Position numbers and translations under genes: made by a program. This document shows, piece by piece, positions 34,999 through 47,439 of a stretch of DNA of 64,000 nucleotides; within the stretch, counting starts at the first letter, position 1; every line of letters begins with the position of its first letter. The DNA comes from Amoebophrya sp. A120 (taxonomy: Eukaryota; Protista; Dinoflagellata). The notes beneath the pieces were generated by a model, which was not told where the DNA came from, made no database searches, and saw nothing but the letters and a program-made list of their open reading frames with translations. The stretch lies in assembly GCA_905178155.1 (NCBI GenBank), contig CAJINV010000014.1:1567984-1631983 (forward strand), in the 5' to 3' direction.

Positions 34999-37900
34999 AT
35001 GAGCAAGCCGACGAAAAACGCCAGCAAGAAAACCACTGCAGCCGCCCCCAAGAAATTAGCGGTTCATACTAACGCCGTCATTTTGCAAATGCAATATCTA
35101 TGGATTTTATTCCGCAGTGCTCTTATAGACAACCTGATCTCATCCATTTCATCATCTGTAACGCATTTCATCTTGCCTGTCATCTCCTCGGTTTTTGCTA
35201 TAGTTCTTAAGCAAAGAAGTAAATCCACAACATGAACAACATTGACATTCATAGGCTTTCACTTTTTCAAGAACTCGCCGGCTTATTTCATCATCATCAG
35301 GCTCCCAAAATTCCTGGTCGCAACCCCCGGGAATATGCGGTGGTCTCTGCAACTTGGCTGCGCAAGATATGGAGGGATTCTCAAACGTTACGCTCTCAGC
35401 TGTTACGTGATGGATTTGTGATGCAAAAACAGCAAAAGCGAAAGAGGGAAGATTGCGCACTTCGCATAACAAGAAAATCTCGTGGGGCCTGGTGCGAGAA
35501 GATGAATTTGTTATGCGAAGTGCCTTGATTGTGTGGCGGCTTATGCTACTTACTTAATTTAGCATGGGTACAAAGCAAGCAACCGTTGAGGGCGTAACGT
35601 TTGGGAACCCCATACAAGATCCAAACCGAGTTTCCCACGAGCGCAAATACAGCGTCACCGACAACGGGTACTACAGGCGGAGCTGCAGCAGAAAGTAACA
35701 AACCAAGCAGGGTTGTGAAAAATCCGAACAACTACACAAACATCCCGTCGAGACAAATTTCGCACCAATCCGAGCAGCCCGTGCAGACCAGCCGAATCCC
35801 GGCACCGCGGGCCGATGCTCTTGACGAAGAGCTTTCTCGGATGGCAGTGGCGGGCAAGCCCTCGCTTATCCCGCCACCAAAAGTGGTGGCGCAGCACGGT
35901 AGTGGTACCAACGCGCCGGCGCGGGGAAAGATGGCGGCGGGGGGGCAAGGGGTCGCCGCCACCGGGACGAAGAAGGGCACTGGTAAAATGAGTGGCGGGC
36001 GTGCAGCTGCTATCAAATGTAAAAATGTCTGGGTCTGGAAGAATGCAACTTGTGATGCTGCATTTGGATTCCAGAAAAATCTGTATTGCATGAGTACCAA
36101 AAGGAATGCAATTTTTGCTACGCGGAGAGGGCATGTGTCATGCGGAATAGGCATCAAGAAGCTCTCAAAAAATCTGTGATACTAAGGCATGCATAACAGA
36201 CATCAGGGCTCATGCAAAACGTGCATGACAAGTGTCAGAATCTTCCAGACCCAGACATTTTTACAATCCATAGCTGCTCCGGGAAAGCAACAGGGAGCTG
36301 CAGGCACTATAGGGGCGTTCGATCATGTGCAGGTTGGCGTGCCAGGAGGGGGAGGAGTCGGTGGAGGTTCTGAAAACATCATGAATCTCGTGCCCCCGCA
36401 AGACGATAACAATGTGACCATCACGAACTTCGGAGGAGGTGCTGGTGGGGCACCCGCACTGGTTGGAGCTCCGGCCGGTGGTCCCCATCAGAGCAACCCA
36501 TATCAGCAACAAGGAGCGCCTCTGCGCTACAACGACGTCGCACCTGCTGCACAGCCAGGACCTCTAAACAACTACCACCCAGCAACCTCTTCCACGAGTA
36601 ATCCGTATGGTTCCCCGTCCGGAGTAGGGAATAATCAGAACTATGTATCAACCAGAAATAAAGTGCTAACGTGAAGGGTTTTTTTGCAGCAGATGGGCGT
36701 GAAGATGAGAGATTTATATATTCGTCTATGTATAATCGTGCATGCCATGCAAAAATACGAATGCACCATGTGTCGTCCTCACATTACAAACACAATATCT
36801 TTACAACTACCCGTTGACACTTTTTTCTGGGATACTTTCTGGCGAACAACCCTTTGTACCAACCCGCCCAGTATCTGCAGCAGCCGCCAGGCTATGGTAG
36901 TTATGACCACAGGGCCGCACCCCAACACCAGCACCTCCAGCACCCTGGTGCCACGAGTACTACGACCTCTCCACACCAGCCGCAGTCCAGTAATATGCAA
37001 CTCGCCGGGCAGAACATTGTCTACCCTCGTGGCCGCAGGGACCCGAACGCGCCGCATCCGCACTCGCCCTCCACGGTGCAAAACCCCTTTGTTCTGGGGC
37101 CAGCAGCTCCGGGGCAACAGCATGGTAGTAGTTCTATGATGCAGCAGCAGCAGCCGACGTCTATGGCGCCGTTGGGGAGCCAACACGTGCAACACCCTGG
37201 AGGCGGAGGTGGACCTCCGCAAAGTAATTACCTAGCAGCCCCTGCGCCTGCTCAAGCCGGCCGAGCAGGACCGGGCGTGCCGGTTGGTGCGGTGGGAGGG
37301 CCGTATCATCTCCAGCAGCGACCTGGCGTTGGTAATGTGGTAGCTGCGCCACTGCAGCAATATCCGAACCCATACCAATATCCCAAGCAAAAAGTGTTAC
37401 AGTTTCTACGCATTTGCTGTGAACAAGACTAAGGCAACACAAACTTTCTCTAGTGCATAGTAGTAGTAGACGAGGAAACCTGCAAGGAAGACCAAGGCAG
37501 AGATCACGATAAGCAGGCTGAGGAGCTGCAATATAAATAACAAGGCTTCTGAGCCTATCTTCCGGCGTAACAGAGCTTGCTTGGTTTGCAACACAATGTG
37601 TGCAGCACTTTTTTCTTCGCATAACCAGCAACCCGGCGGGCCTGCTCCTCCGGTCAAGAACTACTACGGCCAACAGCACCAGCCGGTTCCGACGGGGGCA
37701 GGTGCAGGTCGTATGCACTGCCAAAGAATTATCATCGCATTCACTAGAAGTAAAAACAAGTCTACCATCGGTTGTGGTCGCATGAGCAATTTCATCTACC
37801 ACGGCGGCAAATAGATGAAATTTCAATTTGTATATGCAGATCTCCATAGAAGGATCAGATCTGCCATTTTGCATCAACGTTGGCATTGATAAGAAGAAGC

Positions 37901-40900
37901 GCGCTAGTGGTCATGATGATGATGGTACTTACTTTTACAGTGGATAGCCCCGGGCGGGCAGCAAGAACAATATCACCAGCACGTGCAGCCCAGCAACAGA
38001 GTTGTCAACCTCGACGCGCCGGTCAGGCTAGAAAGCCCCCGGGGTGGCAGGAAGCTTGTGGTGCACCAGAGAAATATTAATCACAACAACATGCCACCGC
38101 AAAATCAATTTCAGCCGCCTGGCGGGGTAGGAGGTGGACATATGCCACTTCAGCAACTACCGGGAGGCGGAGGTGCAGCTAGTGGCGCCGCCGGCCCAGC
38201 AAATAATTACCCAATGCAGCTTCAGCAGCCTGCTCCTTTCCCGCACACCGCGCACCAGCCTCAAATCCTCCAGCTGGGCCACCCGCACCCGCCGACGTCC
38301 CAACTACCTCCCGGCGCGGCTGCAGGACCAGGAGGGTACGCGGAATTCACTCCGCCGGCGAACGTCGGCCCCCCGGCGGCTTTCGGCTCGGCGGGCGGGC
38401 CGAGCAGTGGGGGCAGCGGGGCCGGGATGTATGGACTGATGAACAACACGCCGCAGTTGCCAAGCCCCGGCGGAGTTGCCGCAGTTGCAGCCCCCGCGCC
38501 GGCGCATCAACAACTACCAGTCACGACGCACCAATTAACCAATAACCGGATCATATGGAGCTGTCAGGTTTGAAATCGTCAAAGTTGAGATAGTTTGCCA
38601 CGCATAGAATGCAACGCAGAAAGCGCCTGTCTTGCAGAGTAGGCAAGCGAGGCAGATTGTAAGCCTGTTTCGGGGTAGAAATAGAGCTGCTGAAGTAGCA
38701 CGACAAAAGGCGTCTTCCTTACCCAAACAGCATTACAAACTGGACTTCGGCTCTACTCATATTTGTCATGCGCCGCTTAGAAAATGGGCTTGCAACTGGC
38801 ATCGATTTTATGCATTACAAGTTATTTCAACTTCGTCGATTTCAACTCTGACACATCCATAGATGAATTCCACGAAGCTTTTTTTCGACCCGGAAGAGGA
38901 GGAAAGACTGCGCCGATATGAAAGCCTCAGAATGGAAATCCTCAAAGTGGAAATGATTTGTGATGCATGAAATGCAAGGCAAAAAAGACTGTATTGCGGA
39001 GGACACAATGGAGACCGACTATTGTCCTGCTAGGGGTGAAGAATTGGAGTGCTGCTTAGCACGCGAGAAGGGCACCCCTTTGCCTTAACCTGCATGACAG
39101 ACATGCTTTAAGGGCCCAGGAAATTTGTCATGCGCCGACTACAAATGGTGCTACAACTGGAGTCGTTTTTTTGCATTACAGTTTCCACTTTGAGGATTTC
39201 CAACCTGAGGGTGTCATAGCCGAAAGCGCATGGACCAAGCCCGCGACCTGGCGCAACAGGTCGAGGAAAAACGGAGACAGCGGGAGGTATGGGAGTGTCA
39301 GAATCGAAATTGATAAAGTAAAAGTTGTACAAAATGTAATTTGGCCTGTCTTGTGAGAGGCGGAAAATGAGGCGAGCCATAACATAAGCCTTTTTCGAGG
39401 TAGACAGCTTTCTTTGTCCAAACAGCATGACAGACTGACTTCAGGCGTTCCCAAAATTTGTCATGCACCAGTGAGCAAGTGGGTCGGGGTCCCGGTCCGG
39501 GTCCAACTGGTACCTTTTTTTATGCATGGCAAATCAGAATTTCAGCCTTGTGGATTTCGAACCTGGGAGATCCATAGGAAGAGGAGAGGCTGAAAATGGA
39601 GGAGGAGAATCGGAGTATCAAGTGCAAATATGTCTGGGTCTGGAAGACGAGTGAGACTTGTGACGTTGCCTGTGCATTCTAAAGATATCTGTGTTGCATG
39701 AGCAGCAAGAGGAGTCCAGTTCTTGGCACGCGGAGTGGGCGTCTCGGATGCGTGATAAGGAGCATCAAGAAGCTCCTCTCAAGAAATCTGTGAGGCTACG
39801 ACCCGCATCACAGACCCCACGGCTGCGGGTCATGCAAAATGTGAATGGCCAACCTTGCGGTGCAACCTTCCAGATGACCCAGACATATTTGCAATGCATA
39901 AGGAGAGAGGACGAGCGCATCCAGCGCGAACAGGAGGAAATGCGGCACAGATATGAGCAGGAAGTCGGGTACTTCTAGTATGAGAATAAGAATAAGTAGC
40001 TATCTTCAAGATGGACGGACCACATGATCAACCAACTTTAATTCTATATAGAAGTATTTGTATTTGTATTTCGAGTTGTCTGACTGTTCGCCCGGCGCCC
40101 TTGTAATTTGGTTGGTTTTCTAAATCATGTTTATGTTACGACCCGCAAGAAGTCTATACCTATAGACGTCTAAAAGTAAAAATGCGCATCGATTTTTGTA
40201 TATGAAACTACCTACAACAGATGAGTAGAAAATTAAAATCTCCACAGCCCCGGCCGCGGCTCATCTTCCACAAACGACCCGCCACAGATGATGCACAGCA
40301 GCACGCCAAACTTGCAGAATAGCACAACCGGACCGCCACCAGGCCACCACCAGGAGAACTACAACCACGCGAACAACTATCAAAGTAACTATGGAGAAGT
40401 GGAGATTTCCGTCCAAGGCTATGATCCACAAAAAAAGACCCAACATCCCCATCCAATTTTTGTCATGCAAAACACGCATCAAGTTCAAGTCCTGTGCTTC
40501 TCATGCAGAAAATGGATGGAGGTGGGTGCTTTATTTTCCAGGTGGATAAGTTCGGCGGGATAGTACCACAAGGCGGGGGAGGAGGTGGTACTCATGCTCC
40601 AGCTGGTGCACCTCCGCCGCAACCGCTACCCGCGACGTACAGTAATGATTACAACCAGCAGCCAATGAACAACTACAACAGCTACCAACAAGCGCCAGCG
40701 CCGATAATGCAGCAAAATCAAAATCTAAGTCAAAATCCGAACCTGTACGGGTCGCCCAATATGTACGCTGGTAGCAGCCTTGGCGGACACGACTCGTCGT
40801 TTCAAGAGGAAGACTACAACTACGGGATAGAAAACACTTCGTATCAGGATGAAAAGTGTCCTTCATCTACAGACGCCGGAAGACGAGGGGAAAACGAAAA

Positions 40901-43900
40901 GTGTCGATGCAAACAAGTTCGAGTTTTCTCAGATGAAAACTTTTTGCCTTGCATGAACAAACGACTACGAGTATTCCTGATCCAGAGGGTAGGCACCGTC
41001 GCAATCGTCCTCTACACGACAAATTATGTCCTCCTCGTGGCTGTTTGTTTGGCGTTTTTTGCAACAGATTCTACCTCCTCCCCACAGAAGGGGAACGAAT
41101 GGCTACATCAGGAACTTTTGCAATACAGACGCTTCAACATCCGGTCGCTGTAGCGCAGTGTGTTAGTTTAGCAAGGCAAAAATACGCTTTTTTTTCCGGC
41201 GGTAAAAGGGGCAGTTTTCTTTTTGATACTTCGATGCAGCAGCAAACCCACCTGCAGCCGCATCTGTCGACTACCAATCAAAAGCAGTCGTATCAAAACC
41301 AACAAGACGTGGACCGACAAAGGCAGGCGGACAAGGTGAGAAGGAGGATTCGCAGAAAAAGGAGGGCATCACAGGAAAAACTTGTTAGCGTTAACGGTTT
41401 CGAGCACGACTTGCAGTCATGATGCATGGCAGATCTTTTGCTGTTATCAAGCTGCATGGGATGCAATTGATTACCAAGAATTTGGGCGCGTTTATTTCGC
41501 ATGCGGGAACACGAATACTGAGACTGACTGCGTGCCGAATGCGCTTAACGTGAGCAACGCTTTTTCCTATGATAAAGGGAGTTAGAGGAGTTGGAGAAGC
41601 AGGGGGAAATTTATCCAGGAACAAAAACCGATCCCCAGCCATGCACTTTGTGATGCAAATGAACATGAAGCGTACGAGCCTCCTGCTGCCCTTCATCATG
41701 CTAAAGTGAGTCAACATGGGGATGAGTTTTTTTCTGAGAATAAAATGAACCCGACGCCGGAATATCTGCAGGAGCTGAGCGAGCATTGCAATAACGTACT
41801 AGTAGTTTTTTTAAGTAATTCTAATTGTAGCATACTAACTTGAACTTGGCTGGTGATGACTACAAGAAAATCCTTGCGGCATAATATAGAGAGCGTGGGC
41901 GCGGCGACTGAAGTAGTAGATATGCACGAGATTCGAATAGCTTCGCCCGCTGGGTGTGACATCGCAAACTTGCGCTAGAAGGAACAGTTTTCACAGAGGT
42001 CACTTGCCGCGACGGCGCGCGGGCGTTTTCGGTATCAACTGAGAAAGACACTGCTTCTGCTGTCGTGCCGCAGTGCGTTTCCAGCTGCAAGGAAGCCCAG
42101 CCGGAAGCACATTGAAAACGCATCCGCAGCGCATCCCAGCCGGAAATGCCTCTTCAGGGCATTTCTGCCGATGGTGGAGATCGAGCTAGAGACGCCCTCT
42201 CAGACAGAGCGTTTGCGTTCCTAGCTGGAAATCCAGCCAGAGAGGCCCCCTCCGTGCATTTCCAGCTGGAAGGAAATCTAGCCGGGAACGCATTGGAAAC
42301 GCACGCGCGACGCTTTTCCAGCTGGGAGCTCGGCTGGAGATGCCTGCTCAGCCCGTTTCTTCTAGCTGAAAGTAAATCCAGCCGGAGACGCAGCGAAAAT
42401 GCATCCGCGGTCTAATGGATGCCTTTGCAAAGCATGCCGAGCTGGAAACTCGGCTAGAGACGCCGCCGCAGTGCGTTTCTGCTTGGGAATCTAGCTAGCG
42501 ACGCCGTCTCAGTGCATTTCTAGCTGGAAACCCACCTAGGGACGCCGTCTCAGTTCGTTTCTAGCTAGAAATCCAGCCAGCGACGCCGCCCCGGTGTGTG
42601 TCCAGCAGGGAATCCAGCTAGCAATGCCGTCTCAGTGCCTTTCTAGCTGGAAGGAAATACAGCCGGAAAGGCAGCGGCAGCGTGTTTCCGCTATCGAAAA
42701 CACGAACGGCGCCGGCTTCCGTCTACGGCATATCGACGGAAGCCGGCACCGTTCGATATGCCGTGCGTGTTTCCGCTACGGCATATCGAACGGTCCCGGC
42801 TTCCGTCTCCGTCGGCTGCTCGCGATGTCTCCGTGCGCGCGATCCGCTAAAGCCTTTTTTCCTTAGGGATTTCAGTAAGGAAGCGACACGCGACCGCGCA
42901 GATCCGAGTGACCCCCTACGTCACTCCCCCCGCCCTTTCGATATGATGACACTGCGCCCCAATCTGTGTGAATGATTTTAAGATCTAAGATTATAACTAA
43001 GATGATGACTTTTGAGATGAAGACTTACATGCGGGGGGCCCTCGCCCCCCCCCCCGCGCCCCCCCCGCCCTTTCGATATGATGATACTGCGCCCCAATCT
43101 GTGCGAATAGTTTTCATTTTTAAGATGAAGACTTACATTGGGGGGGCCCTCCCCCCCCCTCTCGCCCCCCCCGCCCTTTCGATGTGATCCTATTGCGCCC
43201 CCATCTGTATGAATGATTTTGATTATGATCCCATTGCGCCCCAATCTGTATGAATAGTTTTCAAGTCTAAGACTATAACTGATCGATCTAAGATTATGAC
43301 TTTTACATGCGGGGGGCCCTCGCCCCCCCCCGCGCCCCCCCCCCCCTTGCGATATGGTGATACTGCGCCCGCCCAATCTGTGCGAATAGTTTTCATTTTT
43401 GAGATGAAGACTTACATGCGGGGGGCCCTCGCCCCCCCCGCGCCCCCCCCGCCCTTTCGATATGATCCTATTGCGCCCCAATCTGTATGAGTGATTTTGA
43501 CTATGATCCTACTGCGCCCCAATCTGTATGAATAATTTTTAAGTCTAAGACTATAATTGATCGATCTAAGACTATGACTTTTACATGCGGGGGGCCCTCG
43601 CCCCCCCCCGCGCCCCCCCCGCCCTTGCGATATGATGATACTGCGCCCCAATCTGTGCGAATAGTTTTCATTTTTAAGATGAAGACTTACATGCGGGGGG
43701 CCCTCGCCCCCCCCCGCGCCCCCCCCGCCCTTGCGATATGATGATATTGCGCCCCAATCTGTGCGAATAGTTTTCATTTTTAAGATGAAGACTTACATGT
43801 GGGGGGCCCTCGCCCCCCCCCGCGCCCCCCCCGCCCTTTCGATATGATCCTATTGCGCCCCAATCTGTATGAATGATTTTCATTTTGACTATGATCCTAT

Positions 43901-46900
43901 TGCGCATTCAGATTTAAGATTGAGACTGAGATAGATCGAGATTTGATATGAAAGTGCGAAAATTTGAACTCTTGAACAAATTGAATTATTCAATTTGAAC
44001 TATTGAACAAATTGAATTATTCAATTTGAATTATTCACGAAATTGAATTATTCAATTTGAATTATTCACGAAATTGAATTATTCAATTTGAATTGTCGAA
44101 TGAATTGAATTATTCGCAAGTCTTGCGATAAAATTGTAGATATGACTATCAATGATCTACGTCACGTCTAAGAATTGTCCATCATTTGATCTTTTTATCA
44201 GCTGAAGAACCAGCTGGACCGACTTCGAAGCAAGGCCCTAGCGTCCGACTACGAAGACTCGCCATTTCTCTCCGGCCGCGGCGCAGGACCCCCTGGCGGG
44301 ACCAACACGGGTGGAGCTTCGTCCCTCGGGGTCGGGCTCGGGGTTGGTGGAGGACTGCATGACAACATGGGCGCAGCGAATGGCACCGCTGGTGGAGGAA
44401 TGGCAGGTGGCGCAGCTCAGCCGTCGCACATGGAGACGTTCGGCTGCTGATAGATGAGTACAACCTATCTAGAGTTGCGCGGCCGTCACAACTTCTTTCT
44501 TCATCGTTGCAGAAGTAGAAGATGAGAAGTTCTTTCGGTTCTTTCTCCTTATTGAAATTGATGAACTCCTGGTACACGTACAACATCAAGAACTCCCTCT
44601 CGTTCTTGCCCTTGCGCTTTGAGATCATACTTGACACGCTTGACATTGCTACATTTCCTCATGTTCATGATCAGGTTCATGATGTTGATGGTCACTGACC
44701 ACAGGAGAACGTGAGTTCTTCTATCTTGGTCTTGTCATTCTTGAACAATGCCTTCTTAAGCTATAAAGATTTTAAGTACTAGAACTATAATAATGAAGAA
44801 ACGAACGAGCATCTGGAGGATGATGCTCAACAACTGACATTATGATACATCAAGTAGCGCAGCAGCCGCTTATAGTTACTCGCTTGCAGCGTTCTTGCAA
44901 GTAGATGAACCTCCGATTTGCACTACTAGAAGAGGATCGTGGTGAAAGAAGCCCAAACCTTGGAAACGCACCTCTTTATGACCCGTGTCAGTACACTTCT
45001 TGCGTCTTTATTTGACATTGACTAAGGTCGACGAGTCGACACGGATGATACACCTACTGCCGTGCAGCTGTTCCCCGCCTAGAAGTAGTTATGGGCCACC
45101 GCCGCGATCTTCTCGTGCAAGAAATTTCAATTTCATTCTACGTGTCGCGTCTACTCTGGTGCGCTATTGTTTCTCTTTCTCTTTTATGCTCTGCAGCATC
45201 TGCTTCTGCTCACCAGTCATGATCTGTGGAACTCAACAATTTTTTCATCCTCTTGATGGTTCACGAGGAAATCGAAATTTGTTTGTTGTCGTTTCCCTGT
45301 TGTCAGTTCTCCTTTGCTCCGCGTTGGTCCGGGGTATAAGTACTCACAGCGAAGAACGAGATCCGCGCGATGGTGTAATATGATGCCCCGCCCTCGGTAT
45401 CAGTACATTTACGCTCTTCTCTTTCAACACAGGGGGAGTTTGTCTTAAGAACATGACTTGCCTTCATCGAGAAAATGGAAGCAAGGTCTTTCTCTTTTTG
45501 ATTTTTTGCCCGCCCCGACAATGATTGTTCGCAAGTGCAAACTAGAAGACTGAATTCTCCCAACTAAGAAGTAAGTTCTTGATTGGTCATCGTGGTGGTG
45601 GTCCCCCCTCCTATTTTCTCCAGCTTGACATCAGCTGCTTTATTTTTCAGAGCAGCATACCACAGTCAAAAAACATCAGACCATGCGCAACAAAGGTCGT
45701 CCTCTGCCTGCCGAAGATCTGAACTTCATTCGTGGATCTTCAGGTTCCTCTGCGAAAAACGACAATTACCTGCAAAACGGGCAAAAGTCCTACAAAGACC
45801 GCGCGACTTATGGACAGAGAAATAAAGACGACTCGATTCTGTACACGGTGAAAACCGTCGTTGCCCCCTTCCCGGTTTCGACCTCAGAAACGCAGTGGGG
45901 CGCGCGTTCCGCCCGTCCGCTGTTGCCAAAAAAGAAGATCGTCTCCAATGCGAATCGCGGCGACAGCTACAATGAGAACGACGAGGAGCAGCACAGTCAT
46001 TCTCATTCCCTCGAGGAACCTGGCTCGTCGGTGGAAGGTCTTCATCCTGGGTTGGCTCAATCCAACTCACGGACTGGGAGTGGAGATGGAGTCATGTTAC
46101 TATCAAATGCAAATTATATGTCTGGCTGTGGAAGACGAAGATGGACCACTCACTAGTACTCGTAGTACGTGTGTCCACTTTCATGCATCTTTTGCGATCC
46201 ACACACCTGGACTACGCATTTGCAATGCATAGATATCCGGAATGGACAGGATCGTCAATGGAGGGAGCAACGCGACCTCTGCGCGCCCGATCGCCACCAC
46301 AGGTGCAACTGGAGCCGCGCCAGTGCACCACATGCCAAAAATTCGAACGGCGGAGGCGGAATACTACGCGTACCTGAAGTCCCTCCCACCGGAGGAACAC
46401 GTTATCAAATGCAAGTACTTCTGGGTCTGGAACTGGAACTGGATAACTTTTACTGCTGGCTGCACGCGATTTGTCATGTTGAGCGGTGCGCGACGAGGAC
46501 GACGAAGCGGCTTTGTTCTGTATGGCATGAGCGCATCACAAGTTTTTCGAGCCGACTTCCTGTTTCGCGTTTAACAGAAGCATCACAAATACTTAACTGG
46601 CTTTTAGCAGCTCAAGAAACCTGGTTACTCCCGTAATATACAACATGACGGCAAGATGATTCGTATTGCCAATGCAGATCTTGCCGTCATGTATATTTCG
46701 CATCAGAAATTATCCAGCGGACCCAGGTATATATGCAACGCATACACGTTTTGCCCGACCAACTCCCGCTAGTTTCCCACTATCCACAGAAAAAAACCCA
46801 TCCACATCAAATTTGTCATGCGAAACACGTATCACGTCATGTGTTTGTCATGCAAAAAATGGATGGGGATGGGTTTTTTCTGTGGATGCCCACGCTGCGA

Positions 46901-47439
46901 GCACGACGCATCACCAGCTGCCGATGTCGTCGAATGTTGCCGTTTATGCATTGCTAAAGTATCGTGCCAGTATTGATAAATTCTGATTGCATCACGAAAA
47001 TAGATTCCGTGTTGACCGATGAATTATATTTTGTCCTGCATGGCTGCATGTAAATACTAGTTTACGAGTGCGATATTACTCTACTTGCAGTGGATACCAT
47101 TTTGACGATGGATCCTGCTCCAGCAGTTGCAGCTGGTGACTTTCCCACCGCAGTAGAAGTAGCTTCGAAGCAGGCGCTCTCGCTCATCAAGGAAAATAAC
47201 GGACGGGGGCACCACCAGTTTATTTCCGTACGATGCATCTTCTTGTGTTTGCGTTTGCTACAACTTTGTGCTTCTTTCATCTCTTGGCGACTCTCCAAGT
47301 CAGCAAGGTATGCGCACGTGGTCCAGCTGTGCGTGTTGATTGTACAACCCTACCACGGCATTGCACAGAACAAATACAGAAACGGATAAAGATGGAAATA
47401 ACCAGGCATGAAACTCAACCTTCAGAAGTTGTCAAATGA
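34999..47439 (+). CDS. Long multi-exon Gln/Pro/Gly-rich protein with a CCDC66/CSPP1-like coiled coil (may be two adjacent genes)
   Basis: At least 16 IR/DR removals are in frame. Exons in 38867-39963 give FDPEEEERLRRKRMDQARDLAQQVEEKRRQREEERLKMEEENRREDERIQREQEEMRHRYEQE. Joins near 35060-35250, 39964-40247 and 45130-45680 are unresolved; the family resemblance is by eye. Confidence 0.55.
35368..35614. mobile_element. IR/DR introner
   Basis: Perfect DR CAAGA; CAAACGTTACGCTCTC / GAGGGCGTAACGTTTG. Confidence 0.9.
36011..36272. mobile_element. IR/DR introner (GTCTGGGTCTGGAA family)
   Basis: Perfect DR GCTGC; TGTAAAAATGTCTGGGTCTGGAAGA / TCTTCCAGACCCAGACATTTTTACA; interior inverted relative to 13466-13727. 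Confidence 0.9.
36646..36834. mobile_element. IR/DR introner (degenerate)
   Basis: DR CTATG/CTTTC; CCAGAAATAAAGTG / CACTTTTTTCTGG; frame restored. Confidence 0.7.
37379..37623. mobile_element. IR/DR introner
   Basis: DR ACCAA/ACCAG; frame restored (PYQ/QPGG). Confidence 0.8.
37712..37946. mobile_element. IR introner with decayed DR, readable as GT-AG intron 37708-37947
   Basis: TATGCACTG / CAGTGGATA; DR GGTCG vs GCCCC; removing 240 bp restores the frame. Confidence 0.7.
38554..38861. mobile_element. IR/DR introner (GTCAGGAT-GAAAT family, inverted relative to 14463)
   Basis: DR GATCA/GATGA. Confidence 0.85.
38917..39218. mobile_element. IR/DR introner
   Basis: Perfect DR GCCGA; TGGAAATCCTCAAAGTGGAAA / TTTCCACTTTGAGGATTTCCA. 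Confidence 0.9.
39288..39576. mobile_element. IR/DR introner (GTCAGGAT-GAAAT family)
   Basis: DR GGAGG/GGAAG; frame restored. Confidence 0.85.
39616..39900. mobile_element. IR/DR introner (GTCTGGGTCTGGAA family)
   Basis: DR CGGAG/AGGAG; TGCAAATATGTCTGGGTC / GACCCAGACATATTTGCA. Confidence 0.88.
40842..41228. mobile_element. IR/DR introner
   Basis: Perfect DR CTTCG; TATCA...TGATA; join ENTS/MQQQ. Confidence 0.8.
41367..41574. mobile_element. IR/DR introner
   Basis: CATCACAGGAAAAA / TTTTTCCTATGATA; DR GAGGG/AAGGG. Confidence 0.75.
41612..41742. mobile_element. IR/DR introner (short TATCCA family)
   Basis: DR AAATT/AAATG; join QGEI/NPTPEY. Confidence 0.75.
41925..44135. repeat. Composite repeat insert inside a probable 3.1-kb GT-AG intron (41802-44929)
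   Basis: Successive blocks: TTTCCAGCTGGAA-type palindromic units (~42070-42670), CCGGCTTCCGTCT units, ~105-bp C-tract tandem units (~42910-43910), TTGAATTATTCAA units (43960-44115). Flanked by GTAGATATG at 41916-41924 and 44136-44144. Confidence 0.85.
46101..46231. mobile_element. IR/DR introner
   Basis: DR GTTAC/GATAT; TGCAAAT / ATTTGCA; frame restored to MDRIVNG. Confidence 0.7.
46403..46744. mobile_element. IR/DR introner (GTCTGGGTCTGGAA family)
   Basis: Perfect DR CACGT; join EEHV/LPDQ. Confidence 0.85.
46781..46888. mobile_element. IR/DR introner (short TATCCA family)
   Basis: Perfect DR CCCAC; ATCCACAGAAAAAAACCCATCC / GGATGGGTTTTTTCTGTGGAT. Confidence 0.9.
46945..47096. mobile_element. 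IR/DR introner (TGCAAAAGTATCG family)
   Basis: DR CCGTT/CCATT; join NVAV/LTMDP. Confidence 0.8.

Noticed and set aside
42910-43910. CRISPR-like appearance of regularly recurring units
   Set aside because: The intervening sequences are themselves repeated, there are no unique spacers or cas genes, and the context is eukaryotic.
44182-44646. Minus-strand 154-aa ORF inside the large intron, a candidate mobilising enzyme
   Set aside because: No transposase, recombinase or nuclease motif recognised.
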